A stretch of DNA of 64,000 bases from Eledone cirrhosa (taxonomy: Eukaryota), in NCBI GenBank assembly GCA_964016885.1, contig OZ024753.1:13826001-13890000 (forward strand), written 5' to 3'. The position numbers and the translations under genes are program-made. Below are positions 1 through 11,716 of the stretch, in pieces; the first letter of the stretch is position 1; every line of letters begins with the position of its first letter. Under the pieces are notes generated by a model. The model worked only from the letters and a program-made list of their open reading frames with translations. It had not been told where the DNA came from and did no database searches.

Positions 1-7
1 TTATATA

Positions 8-1990
8 TCATCATCATTGTCTAATGTCCATCTTCCACGCTGGCATGGGTTAGACGGTTTTATTCCATTTGATGCGAGAATGGTCGGGAGACCATGTCTC
101 GCTTGCACAGAAGCGTCTCTGGCAGGTTTTTTACAGCTGGATGCCCTTCCTAACACCAACCACATTTACAGTGTGGACTGGGAGCCTTTTCACCGTGTCT
201 CCTACACGGCCACCTTACAGTGTGGACTGTTGTGTCATCAACACAGTGGATGGAACGGGAAAGGGAGGGTGGGGTAGGGTGTGGCAGTGGGATGTACTTT
301 GAGTTAAGAGGTACCTACTGACTGTAGGTTTGCATGCAATGGTAGTCAGGTCTTCTGTACAACTGCATGGCGCCAAAGGTCTCGATCCAGTGTCATTGTC
401 TTAGAGAGGTGTAGGTGGGCAAGGTCAGCTTTTATCACCTCATCCCAGGTTTTTTTTGGTCTACCCACTCCGCAGCTTCCATCAATTTTCATTGCCCTGA
501 ACTTTTTTATACAGCTGTCATCCTTCATACGCATCACATGTCCATACCAACGCAATCTTCATTCCAGAACACAACATTTGATACCTCTTATGCTTAGTCT
601 CCCTCTTAGTTCATTTATGCTTCTCCTTTCATGCACGTTACTATTACACATCCATTGGAGCATGCAAACTTCATTTCTTTCTAATCTACGCAGGTCAGGT
701 CTTCAGCACACAATGCCCAAGTCTCTCTACCATGTAATATTGCTGTTCGTATACGTGCATCATACAATCAGCCTTTCATTTTTAGAGAAAAACCCCTTGT
801 GACCAACAGTGGTATTACTTCTCTGAACTTTTTCCATCCCGTTCTAACTCTGGCTACTACACTTTCAGTGCACCCTCCTCCAATGCTGACTTTGTCACCC
901 AGTAACGGAAGGTGACTACTATTTCTATAGAACCATCTGGGCAGTTGAAGGAGATATCCAATGGGTCCTTGCTACTTACTGCACCTGAGCATCGGCCACA
1001 TATAAAATCTACATTCTTAGATAGTTTACCTCTGATCCCACTACATCCTTTATGTACCCATAGTTTACATTTGGGACATAGAATGGAGTTTCAGCCTACT
1101 CCTTTCTTACACACTGAGCAAGGCCATTTCCCAGAGGGTATCTGTGCCCTATTCTCCTTTCTGCATACTAGAACCTTTAGACAAGTTGACTCTAAGGCCT
1201 TTTGATTCAAGGCCATGCTTCCATGTTTGGAACTTCCTCTCTAGTTCAGCCATAGATTCAGCTATGAGAGTTAGATCATCTGTATATAGAAGTTCCAATG
1301 GGGAGCCAGTCTTAAACCCCTCTGTTATAGCCTGTAGGACAATAATAAACAGGAGGGTGCTAAGAACGGAGCCCTGGTGAACCCCTACCATTACGCTAAA
1401 TTCATCACTATATTCATTGTTAATTCTAACCTTGATGACTGTTCCTCTATACATGGCTTGTATAGCTCTCACAAGCCATTCTTCCATTCTTAGTTTTCTA
1501 AGAGCCCACCAGATAATGGAGCGGGGGACTCTGTCAAAGGTCTTCTCCAGGTCAACAAAAAGCTAAGTAGAGGGGTTTACTGTTAGCCAGGTACTTCTGC
1601 AATTGCCGTACAAGGAAAAGAGCATCCGTGGTACTTTTACCTGACACAAACCCAAACTGCATTTCATCTAGATCAATTTGGTCTCTAATCAGAGTAATAA
1701 CTCTTTCTGTGACTTTCATGATTTGGTCAACTAATTTAATACCCCTATAGTTTCCTCTATCCAGGGCGTCTCCTTTGCTCTTGTAACAGTTGATGATGAT
1801 GATGCTACGCCAGTCATTTAGTATTACTTGGTTTACTATCCAGGTGACCGTAGTATGTCCCACCATTCCAGATACCTTCAACATTTCAGCAACTATCCCT
1901 GAAGGCCCAGCTGCCTTGCCTGTCTTCATATTTTTTATTGCCTTACTTACTACACTACCATCAACTTGCACAGGAAGGGAAAACTTCATA
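8..1990 (-). mobile_element. 5'-truncated, frameshifted RTE-clade non-LTR retrotransposon (RT, C-terminus, 3' UTR, (ATC)n tail)
   Basis: Minus-strand ORF pieces carry RT motifs: KTGKAAGPSGI, KGDALDRGNYRGIKL, QFGFVSGKSTTDA, GVHQGSVLS, LLYTDDL. The RTE C-terminus RWYGHVMRM...GRPKKTW follows, then a 3' UTR ending in an ATC microsatellite. Confidence 0.92.
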
Positions 1991-2086
1991 TGCAGTGGAT
2001 GTTAGGGGAAATTTGATAGTAGTAGTGACCAACATAATCACATTTTTCAAATGCAGGTAGGATCTATAGAGGTGGTTGATATATAT

Positions 2087-2270
2087 ATCATCGTCATACG
2101 TCCACTTTTCCTTGCTTGCAAGGGTTGGATGGATCCTCTTCAGCACAGCATCTCTCCATTTGTCATGGTCTTTCGTCATCTCTGTGAGCTTCAGCGATCT
2201 GAGGTCAGCTCTCACCACCTCCACCCATGTTTTTCGTGGTTTTCCTCTACTGCATCTTCTTTATAGATGA
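2087..2270 (-). mobile_element. Short RTE 3'-end fragment
   Basis: Encodes RTE C-terminal remnant (EVVRADLRSLKLTEMTKDHDKWRDAV), followed by the gacgtatgacgatga tail shared with the local SINEs. Confidence 0.7.
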
Positions 2271-3437
2271 TTGAATCTACTTTAAACCCTTTTTTTACGA
2301 TATTTCTAATGAAAATCACTGCCTTATGACTATCAAGCAATCATGAAAATAATCAAGAATTTGGGGATGACTAACATTATTTATCTGGTATGTGGAACAT
2401 AACTTAACAAAGGTTCTTATATAAAATTATGATGGAAGGTGTTTAGATAAATATAAACATTTGAAAACAAACAGGTTTGTATCATAGAACCAACGTCAGT
2501 TTTAGGTAGTTTGGGTATCAAAAGAGTTAACTAGTTATTTGTTTAAGGTATAAAGGCTGGTCCAACAATTTATATATAGTTTTTGTACAAATTTCTTTAT
2601 TTTACAGTGTTTATATTTATTCAAAATAATTTCATCATAACTTTATGGAAGAACCTTTGTTTAAGTTATGTTCCAAATGTCAGCTTAATAACAAGAAAAG
2701 TCAAGTACATTACTAAATCCCCCCCAAATTCTTAATTATTTTCCAATTTATTTGAAAACCATAGACAGTGTCTTTGATTAGCAATATGGTAACAAAAGGG
2801 TTAATGAAGAATTTTGCAGGATTTACTAAAATTATTACTATATTTGCTGGTATATAAGATGGTTTTACTCTATTGCATTTACATTACTCTCTCTATATAT
2901 ATATATTATTGTATTTTCTTGGTAAAGGCTTTACCTCACATAATTATTTCACATAATATTGAATCTACAAGATTTTTATATTATTTATTTTGAGAACAGT
3001 ACCTTAACATCAGTATGAGTGGCCAGTTTGAACAGAAAGGAGAGAGAATTCTGGCCAGATACAACCAGTTTAAATACTAAAGGGTTCAAACGACAATATA
3101 TATAAATATATATTTAAAATTATAAATTTGAAGAGAACAGTCACATAAAATTTACCTAATTGTTCTTCATAGTCCGTAGAAATTAACAAGATAAATAATC
3201 AATTAAACGGAGCTAAGTTTAAAATGTAAGTTTGAAGAAATAATAGATAAATGTTACCAATATTCCTCTAGTCCCGACTGTCCCTACTTTGTAGAAATGT
3301 CTAGTCCCTACTTTGTAGAAATGTCTAATCACTGCATTATCTATGAGACTTCAAGCTTATCAAGAGACTCCCTCAGTTATATATATATATATATAAATGA
3401 TATTAATAAATGGAAACTATATTTATAAAACCATATT

Positions 3438-3498
3438 TATTCTATTATATATATTTCAAGAGTACCAAAACTTTGGTACGCTCTCATCAGATAAAATA
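3438..3498 (-). ncRNA. Minimal type I hammerhead ribozyme (family A, copy 1)
   Basis: Minus strand reads TATTTTAT-CTGATGA-GAGCGTACCA(AAGTTT)TGGTACTCTT-GAAA-TATATA-TA^ATAGAATA. Core intact, stems I and II pair, stem III is palindromic. Confidence 0.85.
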
Positions 3499-3680
3499 CA
3501 AAGTTTGTTTTATAAATATTGACATATCCAGGAACGAGATCTTAACGGTTCAAGTTTTTCCTGGATAGTCTTTGATATTATACTCCAGAAAATCTGTTGA
3601 GTGCTTCAAATCAATTATAAATATATATATAAATATATACGATATTAAATAAATGGAAACTATATTTATAAAACCATATT

Positions 3681-3745
3681 TATTTCATTATACATATTTT
3701 AGGGATACCAAATTAAAATATGGTATGCCTTCATCAGACAAAATA
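3681..3745 (-). ncRNA. Hammerhead ribozyme family A, copy 2; core mutated (GAAA to AAAA), probably inactive
   Basis: Minus strand reads TATTTTGT-CTGATGA-AGGCATACCA...TGGTATCCCT-AAAA-TATGTA-TA-ATGAAATA. Confidence 0.75.
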
Positions 3746-3873
3746 CAATATATAAACAGTTTTATAAATAATTTTGACGTACCCTATTAGATGCAACCAT
3801 TATTTTTGGAAAAATAATGGTTGCATCTAATAGGGTACGTCAAAATTATTTATAAAACTGTTTATATATATTG

Positions 3874-3938
3874 TATTTTGTCTGATGAAGGCATACCATA
3901 TTTTAATTTGGTATCCCTGAAATATGTATAATGAAATA
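3874..3938 (+). ncRNA. Hammerhead ribozyme family A, copy 3 (core intact)
   Basis: TATTTTGT-CTGATGA-AGGCATACCA(TATTTTAATT)TGGTATCCCT-GAAA-TATGTA-TA^ATGAAATA. Confidence 0.82.
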
Positions 3939-4129
3939 AATATGGTTTCTATTTATTTAATATCGTACATCTACTCCAAAAACTTGTCGAGTGCTTTATA
4001 TCAGTTATAAAATATTTACTTGTTGTATCCCAACAACTTTAAATAGAACTTTTGCATATATAAATATATATATATTTGTTGAATTACCAACAAATTAAAT
4101 ATCCCTTTGCTTATATATTCATTTCATTT

Positions 4130-4450
4130 TTCATTTTATGTCCACTTCTCCCTGCTTGCAAGGGTGGGATGGAAACTGATTTTGGCTTGATTTCTACAGC
4201 TGGATGTCCTTCCTAACACCAACCTCATTTACAGTGAGTGCTGGGTGCTTTTTTGCCGTGGCACCTCCACGACCACTTTGCAGTGGAATGATAGGGACCC
4301 CAGTCCTATCATCTCATTTCTACAGCTGAGTAAACGGGAGCAATGTGAAATAAAGTGTCTTGCTCAACACACCACCCGGTCTGAGAATTGAACTCACAAC
4401 CTTTCGATTGCAAGGCCAATGCTCTAACCACTAAGCCATGTGCCTCCACA
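4130..4450 (-). mobile_element. tRNA-derived SINE family A (tRNA head, central domain, RTE-like tail)
   Basis: Minus strand head gtggaggcacatggcttagtggttagagc (A box) ... gtgagttcaattctc (B box). Tail ggtgttaggaagg(g/a)catccagctgtagaaa is shared with the RTE 3' UTR. Near-identical copies at 19110, 44835, 55263 and 61993. Confidence 0.88.
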
Positions 4451-4579
4451 TATCATCTGGGTCTTTTATGTGAAGTTGAGGTCCCTATTAAGTTAATATT
4501 TTTTTGTTCTTTTCCTGAGTGTCCTGTGTGTTTGTCTTTTTTTTTTAAGTAAGCAGTTCTAAAGTATAGTCTACTGTTT

Positions 4580-4636
<57 letters not shown>

Positions 4637-4960
4637 TATGTCTCATATGAAATAATATAGCCAACTTTCCACGCAATACTTTTAGTTAGCACCCCGAACA
4701 CATAATTAGGAATATAATCACTTATTTCCTAATGTTTGTTGAGTGAGTTGGAATTTGGCCGGAGTATCGCTAAAAAGCTTTCTCCGACATTGTATTTATT
4801 ATATATATATATATATATATACACGTCTATATACCATGCTAGAATAGGTTAGACGGGTTTGTCCCATTTAGAGGCAAGTTGGGTCGGGTGACCATGTCTT
4901 GCTCATATAAGAGTGTTTCCGACTGGTTTTCTATGGTTGGATGCCCTTCCTAACACCAAC

Positions 4961-5001
<41 letters not shown>

Positions 5002-5245
5002 TATATATATAACAAAGAGGGTGTGGTAAGATACCAGGTGGACCATAATGCGCCAAAGTACTCAATACTTAGGGTAGTAGAGTGGGTAATGTCGAAACGG
5101 CTTATATATATATAAGCAAAGGGATATTTAATTTGTTGGTAATTCAACAAATATATTTATAACAGATTCGAAGCACTTGACAGGTTTTCTGGAGTATAAT
5201 ATCAATGATATTAATAAATATAATATATATATTAATATATATATT

Positions 5246-5325
<80 letters not shown>

Positions 5326-5856
5326 CAAACAAACAAACACACACACACAGATGCATGCACAAACACATTCCTGTTCATTTCCACTTTTTTCCCCATTTTT
5401 TCCAACACATATTTATATTTTATTTCTAATACTCTACATTCTAAGCAGTGTCCTACATCTGAAGATAATGTGGGATCTTTCTAGTATCACATAACAACAC
5501 AAACATCACCTTATTGTATGTAGATTCTTTAACCAGACAAATCTTTAACAGACAGATCACAACTTGTCAGCAGTACTTTTGAGAGTCTTATTATTTGGGA
5601 AAGTAGGTTCCTCTCTCTATCTACTCTCTGTCAGTTTGGCTCTCTCGATTTACCCTCTGTCTATCTCGCTAGCTATCTACTGTCTCTCTCTCTCTCTCTC
5701 TTTCTATTCACCCTCTGTTTTTCTCTCTACCATCTGTCTGTCTGGATCGCTATCTACCCTCTGCCTGGCTGTCTGGCTTTCTCTCTGTACTATCTCTCTC
5801 TCTCTCTCTCTCTCTCTATGTACCTCTCTATCAACTTACTGTCAATCCGCCTGCTC

Positions 5857-6378
5857 TTTAGTCACGTCAAGGATGACAGTCCACCTGGTGTCAGGCTCTT
5901 CAGTCACGTCAGGGACAACAGTCCACCTAATGTCGGACTCTTCAGTCACGTCAAGGACAACAGTCCACCTAGTGTCGGACTCTTCAGTCACGTCAAGGAC
6001 GACAGTCCACCTGGTGTCAGGCTCTTCAGTCATGTCAAGGACAACAGTCCACCTAGAGTCGGACTCTTCAGTCACGTCAAGGACAACAGTCCACCTAGAG
6101 TCGGACTCTTCAGTCACGTCAAGGACAACAGTTCACTTAGTGTCGGCCTCTTCAGTCACGTCAAGGACAACAGTCCACCTAGTGTCGGACTCTTCAGTCA
6201 CGTCAAGGACAACAGTCCACCTGGTGTCAGGCTCTTTAGTCATATCAAGGACGACAGTCCACCTGGTGTTGGACTCTTTAGTCACATCAAGCGGGCTCTT
6301 TAGTCACGTCAAGGACGACAGCCCATCTGGTGTCGGACTCTTCAGTCACGTCAAGGACGACAGCCCACCTGGTGTCGG
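5857..6378. repeat. 42-bp minisatellite (~12 copies)
   Basis: Unit tcggactcttcagtcacgtcaaggacaacagtccacctagtg. Confidence 0.95.
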
Positions 6379-6758
6379 AGATGTACACGATAAACGCACC
6401 CAATACATGCTGTAAAATGGTTGGTGATAGGAAGGGCATCCAGCCATAAACAGCTTGCCAAACAAAGGGTTAGGAGGACCCTTCAGTTTGTGTTAGAAGA
6501 TATGACAACTTCTCCTGCGTGCTCTGTAGAATATTAGAATATAAGACTGTACATAAGCAAGATACAGAACCGCCCTGCCTGTCTGAGGGGTCAGTAGCTC
6601 CATTTCAGTACTAACTTGTTCTTTGTAGACCTGTCCAACCTTGCTAGTAGGGAAAGCAGGCGTTAAATGATGATATTGTATGGCAGTGACCCTAATAGTA
6701 TTGTGTGATGGTGTCCTTTCGTTACTTGTGGTACTGTCCGGTACTGTGTGGTGGTGTA

Positions 6759-6984
6759 TTAACCCTTTACCATTTACATTACTCTATATATATTATTGTA
6801 TTTTTCTGGTAAAGGCTTTATCTTATATAGTTATCTCGCATAATATCGAATCTATGAAGTTTTGATGTTATTTATTTTGAGAACAATACCGTAATGTCAG
6901 TATGAGTGGCCAGTAAAAGCTGGTTTGAACAGAAAGAAGTGAGAATTCTGGCCAGATAGGTCTGGTAAAATACTAAAGGGTTAA
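6759..6984. mobile_element. piggyBac-type MITE family 1 (TTAA-CCCTTT...AAAGGG-TTAA)
   Basis: TIRs taaccctttA / Taaagggtta flanked by TTAA. Related copies at about 2870-3087, 13543-13762, 16588-16801, 17717-17934, 17931-18145, 18834-19054, 20627-20850, 36962-37194, 43238-43434, 51143-51458 and 51880-52094. Confidence 0.82.
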
Positions 6985-7050
6985 GCAAATAAAAATTGTA
7001 TTTTCATTTGCTTAATTCATACCATCCTGTAATGATTTGGTAGAAGATAT

Positions 7051-7692
7051 TTAACCCTTCAATGTTCAAAACCGGCTAGAATTCTCTACCTCTTTCTGTT
7101 GAAACTAGCTGTAACTGGTCACTGAAACTGATGTTACGGTATTGTTCTCAAAATAAATACTTTCAAAATCTCATAGATTCGATATTATGTGAGGTAAAGC
7201 CTTTACCATGAAAATATAATAGTATATATAGAGTAATGTGAATGTTATGTGAGATATTATATGAGGTAAAGCTTTTACCATGAAAATATAATAGTATATA
7301 TAGAGTAATGTGAATATTATGTGAGATAATTATGTGAGGTAAAGCCTTTACCATGAAAATATAATAGTATATATAGAGTAATGTGAATGTTATGTGAGAT
7401 ATTATATGAGGTAAAGCCTTTACCATGAAAATATAATAGTATATATAGAGTAATGTGAATGTTATGTGAGATAATTATGCGAGGTAAAGCCTTTACCATG
7501 AAAATATAATAGTATATATAGAGTAATGTGAATGTTATGTGAGATAATTATGTGAGGTAAAGCCTTTACCATGAAAATATAATAGTATATATAGAGTAAT
7601 GTGAATGTTATGTGAGATAATTATGTGAGGTAAAGCCTTTACCATGAAAATATAATAGTATATATAGAGTAATGTGAATGCTAAAGGGTTAA
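7051..7692. mobile_element. MITE family 1 copy expanded by an internal ~72-73-bp tandem array (~7 units)
   Basis: ttaacccttc...aaagggttaa termini. Internal unit ttatgtgaggtaaagcctttaccatgaaaatataatagtatatatagagtaatgtgaatgttatgtgagataa. Confidence 0.85.
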
Positions 7693-7744
7693 AAACTAAT
7701 TTGTTAATTCAAATATGTATAGTATTGTCACTAATAGGCAGACT

Positions 7745-7876
7745 GTTGTGAACAGGTGCAATATTAGAATAAAGACTATTTTTTAACATGATGCAATCAT
7801 GTACTTTCCAAGAAGGTCTTTTTAATGTGACTCTTATGTTAGCAGAAAACCACCCCAAGTGCGGTTTTTCTGCTAG
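7745..7876 (+). mobile_element. Helitron-like 3' terminus
   Basis: Hairpin agcagaaaaccacc...gcggtttttctgCTAG followed by T. Same end as at 56495 and 61173. Confidence 0.6.
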
Positions 7877-8159
7877 TTATTATAAAGCAACGTATCATCA
7901 TCATCATCATCATCATGAAAAAATGATGTGATTATGGTGGTGATGATGGTGATTGTGAGGGTGATGGTGATGATTGTGATGTGATGGTGGTGAGTATGAT
8001 GTGATGGTGAGGATGATGGTGATGGTGATGGTGGTGTGATGAGTATAATAATGAGGATGTTGATGTCTCGGCCCTAGTGGCCAATAAAGAAATATAAAAC
8101 ATCTTAGCTGTCCATTGTTGTGAAGAAATTATTATTATTATCATATCTATGTCAGTGAA

Positions 8160-11100
8160 CACACCACCGATCACCCCTCCACTCCCCCATCACACCACTC
8201 CCCCATCACACCACTCCCCCATCACACCACTCCCCCATCACACCACTCCTCCCATCACACCACTCCCCCATCACACCACTCCCCCATCACACCACTCCCC
8301 CATCACACCACTCCTCCCATCACACCACTCCCCCCATCACACCACTCCCCCCATCACACCACTCCCCCCATCACACCACTCCCCCATCACACCACTCCTC
8401 CCATCACACCACTCCCCCATCACACCACTCCCCCATCACACCACTCCCCCATCACACCACTCCTCCCATCACATCACTCCCCCCATCACATCACTCCCCC
8501 CATCACACCACTCCCCCCATCACACCACTCCCCCCATCACACCACTCCCCCATCACACCACTCCCCCCATCACACCACTCCCCCATCACACCACTCCTCC
8601 CATCACACCACTCTCCCATCACACCACTCCTCCCATCACACCACTCCCCTCATCACACCACTCCCCTCATCACACCACTCTCCCATCACACCACCTCCCC
8701 CATCACACCACCTCCCCCATCACACCACCTCCCCCATCACACCACTCCCCCATCACACCACTCCCCCCATCACACCACTCCCCCCATCACACCACTCCCC
8801 CCATCACACCACTCCCCCCATCACACCACTCCCCCCATCACACCACTCCCCCCATCACACCACTCCCCCCATCACACCACTCCCCCCATCACACCACTCC
8901 CCCCATCACACCACTCCCCCCATCACACCACTCCCCCCATCACACCACTCCCCCCATCACACCACTCCCCCCATCACACCACTCCCCCCATCACACCACT
9001 CCCCCCATCACACCACTCCCCCCATCACACCACTCCCCCCACACACCACTCCCCCCACACACCACCCCCCCACCCACACCCCCCACCACCCACCCCCCAT
9101 CACACCACTCCCCCCATCACACCACTCCCCACACACCACCCCCCACACACCACTCCCCCACACACCACCCCCCACACACCACCCCCACACACCACCTCCC
9201 CCATCACACCACCTCCCCCATCACACCACCCCCCCATCCACACCCCCACTCCCCCCATCACACCACTCCCCCCATCACACCACTCCCCCCATCACACCAC
9301 TCCCCCCATCACACCACTCCCCCCATCACACCACTCCCCCCATCACACCACTCCCCCCATCACACCACTCCCCCCATCACACCACTCCCCCCATCACACC
9401 ACTCCCCCCATCACACCACCCCCCCATCACACCACTCCCCCATCACACCACTCCCCCATCACACCACTCCCCCATCACACCACTCCCCCATCACACCACT
9501 CCCCCATCACACCACTCCCCCCATCACATCACTCCCCCCATCACATCACTCCCCCCATCACATCACTCCCCCCATCACATCACTCCCCCCATCACATCAC
9601 TCCCCCCATCACATCACTCCCCCCATCACATCACTCCTCCCATCACACCACTCTCCCATCACACCACTCCCCCCATCACACCACTCCCCCCATCACATCA
9701 CTCCCCCCATCACACCACTCCCCCCATCACATCACTCCCCCCATCACATCACTCCCCCCATCACATCACTCCCCCCATCACATCACTCCCCCCATCACAT
9801 CACTCCCCCCATCACATCACTCCCCCCATCACATCACTCCCCCCATCACATCACTCCCCCCATCACATCACTCCTCCCATCACACCACTCTCCCATCACA
9901 CCACTCCCCTCATCACACCACTCTCCCATCACACCACCTCCCCCATCACACCACTCCCCCATCACACCACTCCCCCATCACACCACTCCCCCATCACATC
10001 ACTCTCCCATCACACCACTCCCCCCATCACACCACTTCTCCCATCACACCACTCCCCCCATCACACCACTCCCCCATCACACCACTCCCCCAACACACCA
10101 CTCCCCCCATCACACCACTCCCCCCATCACACCACTTCTCCCATCACACCACTCCCCCCATCACACCACTCCCCCATCACACCACTCCCCCAACACACCA
10201 CTCCCCCCATCACACCACTCCCCCCATCACACCACCTCCCCCATCACACCACTCCCCCCATCACACCACTCCCCCCATCACACCACTCCCCCATCACACC
10301 ACTCCCCCAACACACCACTCCCCCATCACACCACTCCCCCCATCACACCACTTCTCCCATCACACCACTCCCCCCATCACACCACTCCCCCCATCACACC
10401 ACTCCCCCCATCACACCACTTCTCCCATCACATCACTCTCCCATCACACCACTCCTCCCATCACACCACTCCCCTCATCACACCACTCCCCCATCACACC
10501 ACTCCCCCATCACACCACTCCCCCATCACACCACTCCCCCCATCACACCACTCCCCCATCACACCACTCCCCCAACACACCACTCCCCCCATCACACCAC
10601 TCCCCCATCACACTACTCCCCCCATCACACCACTCCCCCATCACACCACTCCTCCCATCACACCACTCCCCTCATCACACCACTCCCCTCATCACACCAC
10701 TCTCCCATCACACCACTCCCCCATCACACCACTCCCCCCATCACACTCCCCCATCACACCACTCCCCCCATCACACCACTCCCCCATCACACTACTCCCC
10801 CCATCACACCACTCCCCCCATCACACCACTCCCCCCATCACACCACTCCCCCCATCACACCACTCCCCCATCACACCACTCCCCCATCACACCACTCCCC
10901 CATCACACCACTCCCCCCATCACACTCCCCCATCACACCACTCCCCCCATCACACCACTCCCCCCATCACACCACTCCCCCCATCACACCACTCCCCCCA
11001 TCACACCACTCCCCCCATCACACCACTCCCCCCATCACACCACTCCCCCCATCACACCACTCCCCCCATCACACCACTCCGCCCATCACACCACTCCGCC

Positions 11101-11660
11101 CATCACACCACTCCGCCCATCACACCACTCCGCCCATCACACCACTCCGCCCATCACACCACTCCGCCCATCACACCACTCCGCCCATCACACCACTCCG
11201 CCCATCACACCACTCCGCCCATCACACCACTCCGCCCATCACACCACTCCGCCCATCACACCACTCCGCCCATCACACCACTCCCCCCATCACACCACTC
11301 CCCCCATCACACCACTCCCCCCATCACACCACTCCCCCCATCACACCACTCCCCCCATCACACCACTCCCCCCATCACACCACTCCCCCCATCACACCAC
11401 TCCCCCATCACACCACTCCCCCATCACACCACTCCCCCATCACACCACTCCCCCATCACACCACTCCCCCATCACACCACTCCCCCATCACACCACTCCC
11501 CCATCACACCACTCTCCCATCACACCACTTCTCCCATCACACCGCTCCCCCCATCACACCGCTCCCCCCATCACACCGCTCTCCCCATCACACCGCTCCC
11601 CCCATCACACCGCTCCCCCCATCACACCGCTCCCCCCATCACACCGCTCCCCCATTATAC
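8160..11660. repeat. ~3.5-kb C-rich 16-17-bp minisatellite (CCCCC(C)ATCACACCACT)n
   Basis: About 200 direct units. Variant blocks (catcacatcact, ccgccc, caccgct) show local homogenisation. Confidence 0.97.
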
Positions 11661-11716
11661 TGCCAGCCATCTCCCCACCATACAACAACTATTCCATCAT
11701 ATTTAAAGCCATTCTT

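Larger units (their letters stand above)
3638..3967. repeat. Near-perfect inverted repeat (palindrome), arms ~160-170 bp, centre 3808-3809
   Basis: Symmetric around ccattattttt-gg-aaaaataatgg. Arms match out to tacgatattaaataaat / atttatttaatatcgta, with one internal deletion in the right arm. Confidence 0.92.

Noticed and set aside
4370-4450. tRNA-like sequence (also at 19110, 45110, 55520 and 61993)
   Set aside because: A and B boxes are present but there is no complete cloverleaf, and each copy continues into the same body and tail. These are SINE heads, not tRNA genes.
5564-6415. 283-aa ORF with 14-aa repeats
   Set aside because: (CT)n plus a 42-bp minisatellite that is open in several frames on both strands. 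No splice or domain support.
8149-11706. 1185-aa His/Pro/Thr-rich ORF
   Set aside because: Translation of a C/A-rich 16-17-bp minisatellite that almost cannot contain stop codons. The peptide phase drifts with unit length.
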